A stretch of 37,839 nt of DNA from a virus (lineage: Duplodnaviria; Caudoviricetes): positions 1 to 37,839 of the IMG/VR virus record IMGVR_UViG_3300032335_000094; one strand, written 5' to 3'. Made by a program: the position numbers and the translations under genes. Below, piece by piece: positions 15,012-24,535 of this stretch (position 1 is its first letter; every line of letters begins with the position of its first letter). A model generated the notes under the pieces. The model was not told the origin of the DNA and searched no databases. It saw only the letters and a list, made by a program, of their open reading frames with translations.

Positions 15012-18000
15012 GAGGTGCTCCTTTTGCTAGATTTTAAGTAATCCAGCGGGGATTTCAAAGCGGGAGGGGGAAGATCCTTCGGACCCTTAGATCTGGCGCG
15101 GTCACGGATGCCGTGCATCATCTCGTACAACTTGTCGGTTCCAGCCTTTGTGGAGCCGTTACCAAGGGCAGAAACCACGTCGGCAGGGAAGACAAACTCC
15201 CCGTCAGCCAGCCATGCTGGGATGTCGTCCGACTGTCCGTCACCCTTACCAGCAACGTGCTTGCCTTCTTTGAAATTCTCACGTCCTTGGTAATGACCCA
15301 GAGCGCCACCGGACTTTGCCAGCAGAGGAAGCGCCATAGAACCGCCAGAAGCCTTCAGGGGCTCCACGTAGCCGCCCTCCTTGTAGTTTGCTGCCCTGCC
15401 CCCAAGGATGTCGTCGATGCTGTCCTCGGAACCGTAGGAGTAGTAGTTGCTGGTGTTCGGGGCTTCGGGTTCGCCGCCCAAGAGTCTTGCCAGCGCACCG
15501 ATGTCTTTGTCGAACTGTTGTGACTGCTGTTGAGGGTCTGAACGCTGCTGCAAGATTTGCATCAGGCGGGGGTCTACGTTTTGGATCATGGCGTCTCTTT
15601 CAAATTCAGCTTGTATCTCTTTTACCCGAGCAAGTGGGTCGATGGCCTTTTGCGTCTCGCGTGAGCGCAGGGAGGCTGGTTTTAAGTCCATACCAACAGG
15701 CAAACCAACCCCATTAGCACCAACTCTTGATTCTTCCGTGAGTTTAGGTGCAAGTTTTGGAGCTGCTGCAACTTGATTGACAACGGTCGCTGGAGGAGTG
15801 GCCTCTGGAGACACAACTGTTGGAGGCGTAACCGATTGTGGAACAACGGGAGTCTCAACAACAGGCTGCTTCCAGTCTGGAGGAATCTCTGCCTCTTTGA
15901 CTTCAATCACATCACCCGTGTTGACATTCAACTTCACTGTTGTCTGTGTATTGTTGTTGGTGTCAGTCAAGACAGTTGTCTGTGTGTCTTGATTGATTGT
16001 GGTTTGAGTGGTTGTATTGTTGTTGGTGTCAACAGTAGTCGAGGTAGTGGTGTTGGTCTTGGTGTCAACAACCGTCTCGGTGTTTGTGTTTGTGGCGGCG
16101 TCAGCAACAACTGTTGTCTGGGTGTTATTGGCGGTGTCAACGGTAGTCTGTGACGTGGTATTGGTGTTCGCGTCAACAACAGTTGTGGTGTTGCCATCCA
16201 CCACCGTGGTCACGTTGTTGGCGTTGTCCACCGTAGTGGTGACGCCAGTGGCTGCATCAACGGTGGTGTCAGTGTTGGTCGTGGCATTGTTGATCGTGAC
16301 CGTATTAGCGTCTGATGTAACCGTCACATCGTTGCCAGTGCTGACCGCTGCATCCGTTGCCGCCTGAACCACCGTGTTGACGTCAGCACCAGCGTTAACA
16401 GCAGAAGACACGGCGGAGGCCAGTGTTGTGTCTACACTTGCGCCAGCATTTACAGCAGCAGTTACGGCAGAGTCAATAACTACGGCTGGATCTCCACCGG
16501 CATTTAATGCAGCGGTTATTGAAGAATCAACAGCAACAGCCGCTTCAGATCCTGCATTAACCGCAGAAGTGATTGTTGATGCAACCACCTGAGATGTGTC
16601 AGCACCGTTTTCAATCGCAGTGGTCACCACGTTATCAATTGACACGGCAGCGTCCGCGCCATTGGTGATCGCTGCACCAACAGTATTTCCAACGGCAACC
16701 TCAACAGAAGCGCCGCTGTTCAGCGATGTCTGCACAGAGTTTGTGATGACCGAGTTGACGGTCTCTGGATTGTTGGAAGCAACAGCGGTTGAGATGATGT
16801 TGTTGATTGAATCGGTCTGCGCGGCGTCGATGCCAGAGGTTGCGGTTGCCGCACCCTTGCTTACGGCAGTCCCCAAAACGCCCTGCGTGATAGCCTTGTT
16901 GACGTCGATAGCGTTGCCCAAAGCAAGATCCACAGCAGCAGATGAACCCGCCTCTTGAGTTCCACCAACAACGCCCTCAGAGCCTATTTTTGTGGTTCCC
17001 TTTGACAAGACGTTGTCGAGCTTACCAGCGGCAAAATCACCGAGCTTGCCCATCGTTGCTTGAATGACGGCTTCAGTTGCAGCGGCGGCAGCGCCAGCTT
17101 TACGTCCAGCAGACAAACCTTCGGCATGGGTTCCGCCTTTTTTGACAACGTCATCGTATGCCTCAATAACAGCAGCGCCACCCGTGTCGGCAACATCAAT
17201 CAAACCACTGGCAATCATGGTTGGTCTCAACAAGCCGCCACCCAAAAAGAGAGCCGGGATTTCTTGGCGAAGCTCAACGCCAATTTGCCTTGCAAGCCCG
17301 CTTGTCCCGTCCATGATGCGACCAGCCAGAACAGCCAGCTTCTCTGTTCCTTTGGCTTTGCTAATCAGATCAACGGTATCGTTCCAATTTTTGGTGTCCT
17401 GCGGACCATCTCCAAGCGACTGACCCAGTGCTTGCAACTTACTGCCGCCACTGATAATAATGTCAGCAAGAGGCTTGTTGTCAAAAGCCAAGGGTATGCC
17501 GCCCAAGTTCTTTTGAAGCTCACCAGCAGCCTCAAATGCCGAGCTGACGCTCTGAGTAATTGGGCTGTTGGGATTGTTCTTCAGGTACTCGTTTGCAGCA
17601 ACGCCTTGAAGCCTGAATTGCTCGTTCAGGTCTTTGTAAATTTGACCAAGGAAGCCGGTCTTCTCCATCGACTTCAAACCTGCATTCAGGTTGGCGAGTC
17701 GAGCAGTCTCTGCCGCGCTCTGGTCTGGCGCGTTGCCCGTAACCAAGGCGGTATTCTGAGCTGTCAGGCGTGCAGTCTCTGCGGCGCTCTGATCCGTTGC
17801 TGGCTGCACCTTTGGCGCAGATAGATCTGGACGCTCCTCTGCAGTGGCTGTGCTGTACTGCTTGCCGTTCCATGTGAACGTCTGGTTTGGTCCAAGCAGC
17901 TCACGAGCTTGGCTGTAGGCGTCACTGAATCTTGGTGCTTGACTGATCAGATCTAGCCTGTCAGCACGCATGGCGTCGTTTATTGCATTGGTTTCAATCG

Positions 18001-20071
18001 CGCCTTGCAGATCACCAAAGTTTGTGTCAACAGTAGCAGCCCGTGGGTCATACGTTGTCGTGGTGGACAGGTTAGGACCACCAGCATCAATTGGGTTGAT
18101 CTGCACACCCGTTACGGCGTTGGCAGCATCCATGGCGTCTTCATCGGAAGCACCAGCCTCTTTCGCCCTCAAGAAGGCATCAGCACCAGCCTGAGTGATG
18201 GTGTCGTCGTAAGTGCGGTTGGTGATACCGCCAGTTGTACCGCCAGCCGAAGTCCTTGCGGCAACCGTGCCAGCCCTGACAGCAGCATTGATCAGGTCCT
18301 GCTGACTCAGATCACCATCCCGCAGTGTCGATGCTATTGCGTTGTTGACAAATTCTTTCCCGAACGGGGGTAAGTCTTCGTAGCCGGGAATCATGGACTG
18401 AATTTCCGGCATGACTGCGCCAACACCGCCCGTGAGCAGCGTTTGAAATGCCCCATCTTTGCCACCGCCAGTCACCACAGAGCCAGCAACACGACCAGCA
18501 ATGTTTGCACCGGTTTGCCCCACAGCATCAATCACGGATGGCGCACCCGATACAATTTTGCCGACCTCTCCGGCAACCCATGAAGTCAATGCAGCCTTTG
18601 CCACATCCTCAGGCTCCCTGCCAGCCGCCAAGTTCAGTGCAGCAGTTCCAAGTGGTCCACCAAAATATGAAGCCGCTGCTTGCACAACGGTGCCAATAAT
18701 CGGGTCTTCCATGAGCTGCGCAAGGTCGTTGCTTGAGCCGCCGTATGCCGTGTAAAAGTACGGCGTTCCATCATCAGCAAACTGAACGCCATAACCCGTT
18801 CTGCCTTTGCCAGCAAATGTTCCGCTGAAAATGTTCCCACCAGCAAAAGCGTAGTTCGGGTCCAACGCCTCACCAGTTACCTTGTTGCCAAAGGTTTGAC
18901 CAGTTTTAATTACAGGCTTGCCGTCAACAATGGTGACGTCCGAAGAATTTACGGGGGTAAGCGTGCCATAGTCGTCCCCAGCGGCTTGTAGTTCTTGCCC
19001 GTATATGGTTTCAAGTTTCGCGCCAGCCGGAACTGGTATCCAGCCTCTGTCGGGGTCATAAGTCGCATCAATGAGGTTGCCATCTTCATTTGGGTCGATT
19101 TTGCCAACACGTTGACCATTGTAAGTTTTGCCCATCTCATAAACATTTTGATAGGCGTCCACTTTGCCGAACTGATTGATGTCGGTAATGCCAATACTGT
19201 CCAATCTTTTCGCTATGTCCTCAGCAGTTGCAGCGGCAGATCCAAAAGCCTGACCCGTCCACTTATCTGTTATGCCCTGCCCCAAAATTTGGGAAGTCAA
19301 TTTATCAACAGTATTGCCCTGACCTGTGCCTGCACGGTATTCATTGGCGCTAACTTCCTTGCCTGTTGTTTTGTCAAAATATCTGGTGACATCAGGACTA
19401 TATACAGCCGGACCCCCTTCATACTCTGTGTGCGAGTAGGGTCCTTGCTCAGTGCGGACTTCGTACCTGTCGAGGTTCGTTGGTGCGAGGCTGTCGTTGG
19501 GGTGCGACATGGCGTCATCGCCACGAACGCTGGTGACTTGCGAAAGCGCACCCGAAACTGCATCCGCATTTACCTGCTGCGGCTGTGCGAACTCGTTATA
19601 CGCTTGCCCAATAGTTGGCGCAGCAATCCCACGGCTTTCAAGGAATTCACGGGCTGCATCTTGGTTGGCTTTCGTATCACCACCAGCACCCCCAACAAAT
19701 TGGGCATACGCTTCGGCAATTTGTTGTGGAGTGCTTGAAGCTGTCAGGCTTGAATACAGCGGCTCCGAAACGCCCCCGAGAGGGCTGGGCGTAGCGCTTA
19801 CGCTTGGCTGCACAAAAGAAAGTGGCGCAGGCTGGGAATAAACAGGATCGGGGGTGTAGACGGGCGGGGTGTAAACAGGTTCAGGAGCGTAAACGGGAGC
19901 GGGTGCAGCGGCCTCAAAGCGGGACTGTACAGCGCCTACATCAAGACCAGTGACCTGCGCCATCTGTGCAGGCGTCACCCCAAACTGGCTCATGGCCGCA
20001 GCAATGTCCGCATCACTCAGGTTAGAGTTCGATGCTAAATAAGAAGCGACTTGCTCGTTTGTTACGGCCAT
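15008..20071 (-). CDS. Giant 1687-aa virion-associated repeat protein
   Basis: Uninterrupted ORF; 18-aa and Thr-rich repeats; C-terminal GDGQSDDIPAWLADGEFVFPADVV motif. Confidence 0.85.
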   Translation of the reverse strand: MAVTNEQVASYLASNSNLSDADIAAAMSQFGVTPAQMAQVTGLDVGAVQSRFEAAAPAPVYAPEPVYTPPVYTPDPVYSQPAPLSFVQPSVSATPSPLGGVSEPLYSSLTASSTPQQIAEAYAQFVGGAGGDTKANQDAAREFLESRGIAAPTIGQAYNEFAQPQQVNADAVSGALSQVTSVRGDDAMSHPNDSLAPTNLDRYEVRTEQGPYSHTEYEGGPAVYSPDVTRYFDKTTGKEVSANEYRAGTGQGNTVDKLTSQILGQGITDKWTGQAFGSAAATAEDIAKRLDSIGITDINQFGKVDAYQNVYEMGKTYNGQRVGKIDPNEDGNLIDATYDPDRGWIPVPAGAKLETIYGQELQAAGDDYGTLTPVNSSDVTIVDGKPVIKTGQTFGNKVTGEALDPNYAFAGGNIFSGTFAGKGRTGYGVQFADDGTPYFYTAYGGSSNDLAQLMEDPIIGTVVQAAASYFGGPLGTAALNLAAGREPEDVAKAALTSWVAGEVGKIVSGAPSVIDAVGQTGANIAGRVAGSVVTGGGKDGAFQTLLTGGVGAVMPEIQSMIPGYEDLPPFGKEFVNNAIASTLRDGDLSQQDLINAAVRAGTVAARTSAGGTTGGITNRTYDDTITQAGADAFLRAKEAGASDEDAMDAANAVTGVQINPIDAGGPNLSTTTTYDPRAATVDTNFGDLQGAIETNAINDAMRADRLDLISQAPRFSDAYSQARELLGPNQTFTWNGKQYSTATAEERPDLSAPKVQPATDQSAAETARLTAQNTALVTGNAPDQSAAETARLANLNAGLKSMEKTGFLGQIYKDLNEQFRLQGVAANEYLKNNPNSPITQSVSSAFEAAGELQKNLGGIPLAFDNKPLADIIISGGSKLQALGQSLGDGPQDTKNWNDTVDLISKAKGTEKLAVLAGRIMDGTSGLARQIGVELRQEIPALFLGGGLLRPTMIASGLIDVADTGGAAVIEAYDDVVKKGGTHAEGLSAGRKAGAAAAATEAVIQATMGKLGDFAAGKLDNVLSKGTTKIGSEGVVGGTQEAGSSAAVDLALGNAIDVNKAITQGVLGTAVSKGAATATSGIDAAQTDSINNIISTAVASNNPETVNSVITNSVQTSLNSGASVEVAVGNTVGAAITNGADAAVSIDNVVTTAIENGADTSQVVASTITSAVNAGSEAAVAVDSSITAALNAGGDPAVVIDSAVTAAVNAGASVDTTLASAVSSAVNAGADVNTVVQAATDAAVSTGNDVTVTSDANTVTINNATTNTDTTVDAATGVTTTVDNANNVTTVVDGNTTTVVDANTNTTSQTTVDTANNTQTTVVADAATNTNTETVVDTKTNTTTSTTVDTNNNTTTQTTINQDTQTTVLTDTNNNTQTTVKLNVNTGDVIEVKEAEIPPDWKQPVVETPVVPQSVTPPTVVSPEATPPATVVNQVAAAPKLAPKLTEESRVGANGVGLPVGMDLKPASLRSRETQKAIDPLARVKEIQAEFERDAMIQNVDPRLMQILQQRSDPQQQSQQFDKDIGALARLLGGEPEAPNTSNYYSYGSEDSIDDILGGRAANYKEGGYVEPLKASGGSMALPLLAKSGGALGHYQGRENFKEGKHVAGKGDGQSDDIPAWLADGEFVFPADVVSALGNGSTKAGTDKLYEMMHGIRDRARSKGPKDLPPPALKSPLDYLKSSKRSTS

Positions 20072-20334
20072 TATCTTCCACCATTCATGACATTCAACAC
20101 AGCAGAAGCCCAGTCCTGCCAGTCTTCAAAACTATACGGACTTGGGATGTTTTGGTTGATGAACACATCAATCGCCAACAACCCCGCTGCCCAGCTCTTC
20201 CATTCAGTCTGAGCGTCCGGCACAGGCAACTGCTGCGCTGAATACTGCTCACACATGAGAGAGGCCCACTGATCAAATTCCATGTACCTCGGGTCATAAA
20301 CCAGAGCACTCTGTAAATTAGGTGCTGTAGCCAC
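20071..20334 (-). CDS. Small virion-associated hypothetical protein
   Basis: YDPRYMEFDQWASLM...WKSWA...WQDWA; probable GTG start after GGGGA; coupled at both ends. Confidence 0.75.
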   Translation of the reverse strand: MATAPNLQSALVYDPRYMEFDQWASLMCEQYSAQQLPVPDAQTEWKSWAAGLLAIDVFINQNIPSPYSFEDWQDWASAVLNVMNGGR

Positions 20335-22594
20335 GAACATCCCCAAGATCTGCGTTGACGATCACTTTACCCATCTGGAAATTGCCGCCAGCAACGTTGG
20401 ACACGAACTTCAATCTCAGCTCCCGTCTTTGCTCTCTAAGGTCAATTTTCGTTGTTCCGGGCTCAAAAGGATAGGGGCCAGTCGTTTTATCTTCAGCCTG
20501 AGCGAAGGGTCGACCGGTCACAAACAGCTCCATGGTCCCGCTTTGGATAAAGTCTGGCTCCAACCGCTCAACGTGCAACCATCGGTTCTCACCCACGGGG
20601 GAGGGCTGCGAAGGGCCACCAGCCACCCAGCCAAGGTCACTGGTCTCAATGAATGCTTCAATCGCGTTGGATTGGGTGAACTTCACCTCATCCGTGCCAA
20701 TCTCGTGCTGCCACAGGCTCACGAAGTTGATGGTCGTATTTACGGTGAACTGGAAGTTAGATCCAGAACCAAAGGTGGCGGTCAAGGTGTTGCCTACAAC
20801 ATAACCAGATCCACGGTCGTTAATCACGATGGACGTAACTGCCCCTCCAGTGACCGTGATCGTGGCTGTAGCACCCGATCCTGAGCCTCCTGTGAGGGGT
20901 ATGTAGGAGTATGTGGCGTTGGTGTAGCCAGAACCAGCGTTTGTGATGGAACCGTTCAGCAATCCGCCCACAGCGTTAATCTCAACCCCGCCGTTAACGG
21001 GGAAGCGGAAGACCTGTGAGAAGTAACCGGCAGTCCTACGTGCACCCAAGGCCTGACCGGCATCGTACCAAGCGTTCTCGCGCACGTTGTAGATGATGCA
21101 ATCGTTGCATTCAGTTGAGTTCCCGCGAGGGTAGAACCACCAGATTTCGCCATAGCGAGGTACCTTGGTAGCGTAGACTTTTTGACGCTGGGTGTAATTC
21201 AGGTTATCGAAGAACCAGTTCTGGTTCATAGAGTTGGGGATCTCCTTGACCACACCGTTGTACAGCAAGAAGCGATCCACGCCACACCAGTAGTAGATGC
21301 CATCGTACTCAATCACGGACTGGCTCGACAGCATGGAAGATTGACTGGAGATGATGTCGTAACGCCAGAAAGTTGGAGCCGCGAAGTTTGCCGTGCCGCC
21401 GATACCCAAAGTGGTGGGGGCGAAGGACACACGGATCAGGCTGTCAAGGCTCCAAAACAGCCCAGAAGGAGCGTTGGAGCCACCACGGACAGGGAAGCCC
21501 TGAACGATCTTGCCGGTGGACATGTTCACGGCGTTGGCTTCAGCAGAGACCCAGTCCTCCAGATTCCCAGAGGCGCAGTTGCGGATCAAACCATCGTTGC
21601 CGTAAACAAAGACATAGGGGTGCAAAGACACCACACCACCAGAGATTGAGACCTCGTTGTCAAACGTCAATGTGGCTGTTGCTGATGTTGCGGTGGCGTT
21701 CTTGGTCAGCACCATGGCGGTCACGGAGATAGACAGCACACGGGTGTCCGCAGGGATTCCGGGGCCAGTCACCAGTTGACCGGCTCCGACGCTGAAGTTT
21801 GCAGCCGCAAGGGTGACGTTTGGAGAACCGCTTGCCGTGGCTCCAACTTGCGTAAAAACTCCCACAGGGTTCAAATTTGTGCCGCTGATAGGGCCAGCCA
21901 GAAGTCGAGTATTGGTCTCGTTGTCGATGTCGCTCAGATCCCTTGAGGGGTGGGCCAACAAGAGGTTGTTACCCGAACCAGAGGAGTCGGTAAACGTGTC
22001 GAACTGCCAGAGATTCTCATCCGATGGGACGAACGCAGAGGCTGTTGTCAGGACTTGAATGGAAAAGCCTGAGCCAGATCCACCAAGCTGGGCAGCGGTG
22101 GCGGTGAGCTTTTCGTACTGGTTGTAGCCGTAGCCACCCCCGGTGATCGTCACCGAGGTCACAGCGCCACCAGAAACAACCACGGTGGCCGTTACGCCAG
22201 ATCCATTTCCGGATGTCACGTAAGACAGGGCAACAGCGGTGTAAGTGGCGTTAACGTAGCCAGAACCCCCAACAAGAGCGTTGACAGTCAACACAGACCC
22301 GCCGAAAGTGTAGTCGGTGATGCCGGAACCCACACCGTTGCTATCAACAGGAATCACTTGAAGGCCGTTTGCGTGGCCGCTGTAGACGTTGTTGAAATTA
22401 CTTCTTGGAACAACGAAAATGCCCCGCGAGGGGCCTGCAAGGGATTCGGTGATCTGTCGGTAGCCCCCGATCTTGCGGGGGCGTCCACGCTGGAATCTAA
22501 CCCACTGACCATCGACATACACCTCTTTGTCAAACAAGGTTCCGTCCCGCTGGATTCCGGGCTTCGTGTCTAGGGCGAAAACCTTTTTTGTCAT
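20318..22594 (-). CDS. Putative tail nozzle (tubular protein B / P22 gp10-like) with inserted beta domains
   Basis: 758 aa; PGIQRDGT, WVRFQRGRPRKIGG, EIWWFYP, IYNVRENAWY; position before the ejection proteins. Confidence 0.7.
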   Translation of the reverse strand: MTKKVFALDTKPGIQRDGTLFDKEVYVDGQWVRFQRGRPRKIGGYRQITESLAGPSRGIFVVPRSNFNNVYSGHANGLQVIPVDSNGVGSGITDYTFGGSVLTVNALVGGSGYVNATYTAVALSYVTSGNGSGVTATVVVSGGAVTSVTITGGGYGYNQYEKLTATAAQLGGSGSGFSIQVLTTASAFVPSDENLWQFDTFTDSSGSGNNLLLAHPSRDLSDIDNETNTRLLAGPISGTNLNPVGVFTQVGATASGSPNVTLAAANFSVGAGQLVTGPGIPADTRVLSISVTAMVLTKNATATSATATLTFDNEVSISGGVVSLHPYVFVYGNDGLIRNCASGNLEDWVSAEANAVNMSTGKIVQGFPVRGGSNAPSGLFWSLDSLIRVSFAPTTLGIGGTANFAAPTFWRYDIISSQSSMLSSQSVIEYDGIYYWCGVDRFLLYNGVVKEIPNSMNQNWFFDNLNYTQRQKVYATKVPRYGEIWWFYPRGNSTECNDCIIYNVRENAWYDAGQALGARRTAGYFSQVFRFPVNGGVEINAVGGLLNGSITNAGSGYTNATYSYIPLTGGSGSGATATITVTGGAVTSIVINDRGSGYVVGNTLTATFGSGSNFQFTVNTTINFVSLWQHEIGTDEVKFTQSNAIEAFIETSDLGWVAGGPSQPSPVGENRWLHVERLEPDFIQSGTMELFVTGRPFAQAEDKTTGPYPFEPGTTKIDLREQRRELRLKFVSNVAGGNFQMGKVIVNADLGDVRGYST

Positions 22595-23832
22595 CAGAAT
22601 GCTCCGCCAGAGATGCCTGCCGTGAAGTTTCCAGTGCCGGTGACGTCGATTCCAGTTGCCTCAACATCCACAATCAAATTGCCCAGCACGGAGATGCCAA
22701 AGCGTCCAGCGCCGGGGCGGTAGATGCCGGTGTTGGTTTCTGAGCCAAAGTTCAAAGATGGAGACGCAGCGGAGCCGTTGACCAGACTGATGGCCGTGCC
22801 GCCAGCTTGGGTGGTGTTAGCGTTCAGAATGTTCGTTGCATCACAGATCAGGGTTGCCTGACCAGAGGCAGGGACTGTAGCTGTGTTGGCTCCGACAGCG
22901 CCAGTGGAGATCGTCAGAGTGAAAGCCCCGGCAGCGCACTGGTTAGAGATCACGTACAGGTTCACCACCGGGGGTACGATGACCGTGACGTTGCCCGTCA
23001 GTGTCCCAGTGTAGATCTGGATCGTGTTGGCGGCTTCACTGGCCGTCAGTGTGACGGTTCCCGTGGTCACGGGCTTGGTCAGGACGCCAAACTCAAATTG
23101 AGTGCTGACGCCGTAACCCACGGTGATGTACTCAGTGCCGGTGGAGACAATGAAAGCCGACTCGCCGGGGGCAAATGCTTTTGTGACCGCCCCGTCAATA
23201 AGTTGGCTACTTGTTGTTCCGACCGTAACAGTCCCAGTGCCGTTGTTTTTGAACAGGACAAACCAGTTGTCGCCCGTAGCCGTAGCCAAAGGCAAGGTGG
23301 CTGTTGTTGTTCCGCCAGACCAGATCTTGGTGTTGGCTCTGTCGCTCGTCAAGAAGGTGTACGCAGCGGTCAGCGAACTTGATGGGTGGCTTTGGTTTAG
23401 CGTAGAGCCAGAAGCCAAGAGTCCAGCGCCAGCAAGTGATGCGGAATCTGCTGAAGACGTTCCAACACCAAAAGCAATGTTGCCCCAAGTGCCTTGTTCG
23501 TTGGCATTGGTCTTGATGTAGACGTACTTGGCCTCACCGGGGGCAATCGTGATGATCGTTGAAACTCCGTTGAAAGTCTTAACCGTGAAGGTGTTGCCCC
23601 CCACGTTGCGGATCAAGGAATCATTACCGACCGAGGCTTGGTTCGCTGGAGGCATGAACAGCGACAAACCAGCAGATGACGCCGTGACGTCCATGATCCG
23701 AGCAATGTAGTCGTCCGTGGCGTTGCCGTTGATCGGCCACTCCAGTTGAGTGTTAGCCGCAAGGGTGACAGAACGGTACGAAACGTCTGTTGGCTGGATG
23801 ACGTTTCCCGTGAAGGGGCTGTTGTAAGTCAT
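22594..23832 (-). CDS. Tail structural protein
   Basis: 412 aa, Thr/Gly-rich beta composition, NGSAASPSLNF..TNTGIYRPG fibre motif. Confidence 0.75.
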   Translation of the reverse strand: MTYNSPFTGNVIQPTDVSYRSVTLAANTQLEWPINGNATDDYIARIMDVTASSAGLSLFMPPANQASVGNDSLIRNVGGNTFTVKTFNGVSTIITIAPGEAKYVYIKTNANEQGTWGNIAFGVGTSSADSASLAGAGLLASGSTLNQSHPSSSLTAAYTFLTSDRANTKIWSGGTTTATLPLATATGDNWFVLFKNNGTGTVTVGTTSSQLIDGAVTKAFAPGESAFIVSTGTEYITVGYGVSTQFEFGVLTKPVTTGTVTLTASEAANTIQIYTGTLTGNVTVIVPPVVNLYVISNQCAAGAFTLTISTGAVGANTATVPASGQATLICDATNILNANTTQAGGTAISLVNGSAASPSLNFGSETNTGIYRPGAGRFGISVLGNLIVDVEATGIDVTGTGNFTAGISGGAF

Positions 23833-23841
23833 GATTGATCC

Positions 23842-24477
23842 TTAGCTGTCTATCGCCACCGCTTGACGGTCGGCCACACGAAGTTTGTCTTCCGCCACCA
23901 GCACATCCATGGACTGCTGATACAGCGCTTGCCACAACTGCACACGGTCGTCGTTCTTCAGGAACGGCATGGCTTGAAGCAGCGTGCCGTACAGGAGGGC
24001 TTGAGGGGCGTAGATGGTGAACCAGTTGGTCTGGTTGGATGAGTCAAGCGGCTGGAGGCGCTCGTAGTACAGAACCTCAAAGGTGTAAGCGGTATCCGGT
24101 GTTGGAGCCACCATCCAGTGGGTGTAGTCGTAGTCGCAGTAAAACTTGGGGACGCCTGTCAGCGTTGGGTCAGGCCAATACTCGCGCAGGTACTCGTACT
24201 TGCGAAGCAGCACAGGGTAGCGCTTGCCTGCGACCGTGATGTTCATGGAGACCGTCTTGTGCCAGCGTGCAGGCTTGTCAATCACGTTCTCGTTTGCCGT
24301 CATGGTGCTGGCGTTGACCGTCAAGTTGCCCAAGAACTTGATCTGCGCAGCAATGGTCTGCTCTGCCAGCATGATAAACAGCGGGATCTTCTCAATGGTG
24401 GCTGTGTCGGTACGCTCCAGATAGGACTGGACGTTCTCGACCAAGCTGTCGTAAGTCATCACACTTGCAGTCGTCAT
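23842..24477 (-). CDS. Putative head-tail adaptor (tubular protein A-like)
   Basis: MTYDSL...YLER, FIMLAE, GVPKFY, APTPD..Y..E..YY, TNW...APQALLYG pattern. Confidence 0.75.
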   Translation of the reverse strand: MTTASVMTYDSLVENVQSYLERTDTATIEKIPLFIMLAEQTIAAQIKFLGNLTVNASTMTANENVIDKPARWHKTVSMNITVAGKRYPVLLRKYEYLREYWPDPTLTGVPKFYCDYDYTHWMVAPTPDTAYTFEVLYYERLQPLDSSNQTNWFTIYAPQALLYGTLLQAMPFLKNDDRVQLWQALYQQSMDVLVAEDKLRVADRQAVAIDS

Positions 24478-24497
24478 TCCAGATGCCTTTCGGTTAT

Positions 24498-24533
24498 TGC
24501 CTGAATTCTAAATTCATGGCAGGTATTTGTCAC
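24498..24533 (-). promoter_or_regulatory. Putative internal promoter overlapped by an operator-like palindrome
   Basis: GTGACA-N17-TAGAAT (24533-24505); TGAA-N7-TTCA at 24502-24516 inside a longer inverted repeat TGCC...GGCA. Confidence 0.6.
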
Positions 24534-24535
24534 TT

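Noticed and set aside
15773-16958. Several Val/Ala-rich plus-strand ORFs
   Set aside because: Mirror frames produced by the Thr/Asn/Ala repeat codons of the 1687-aa gene
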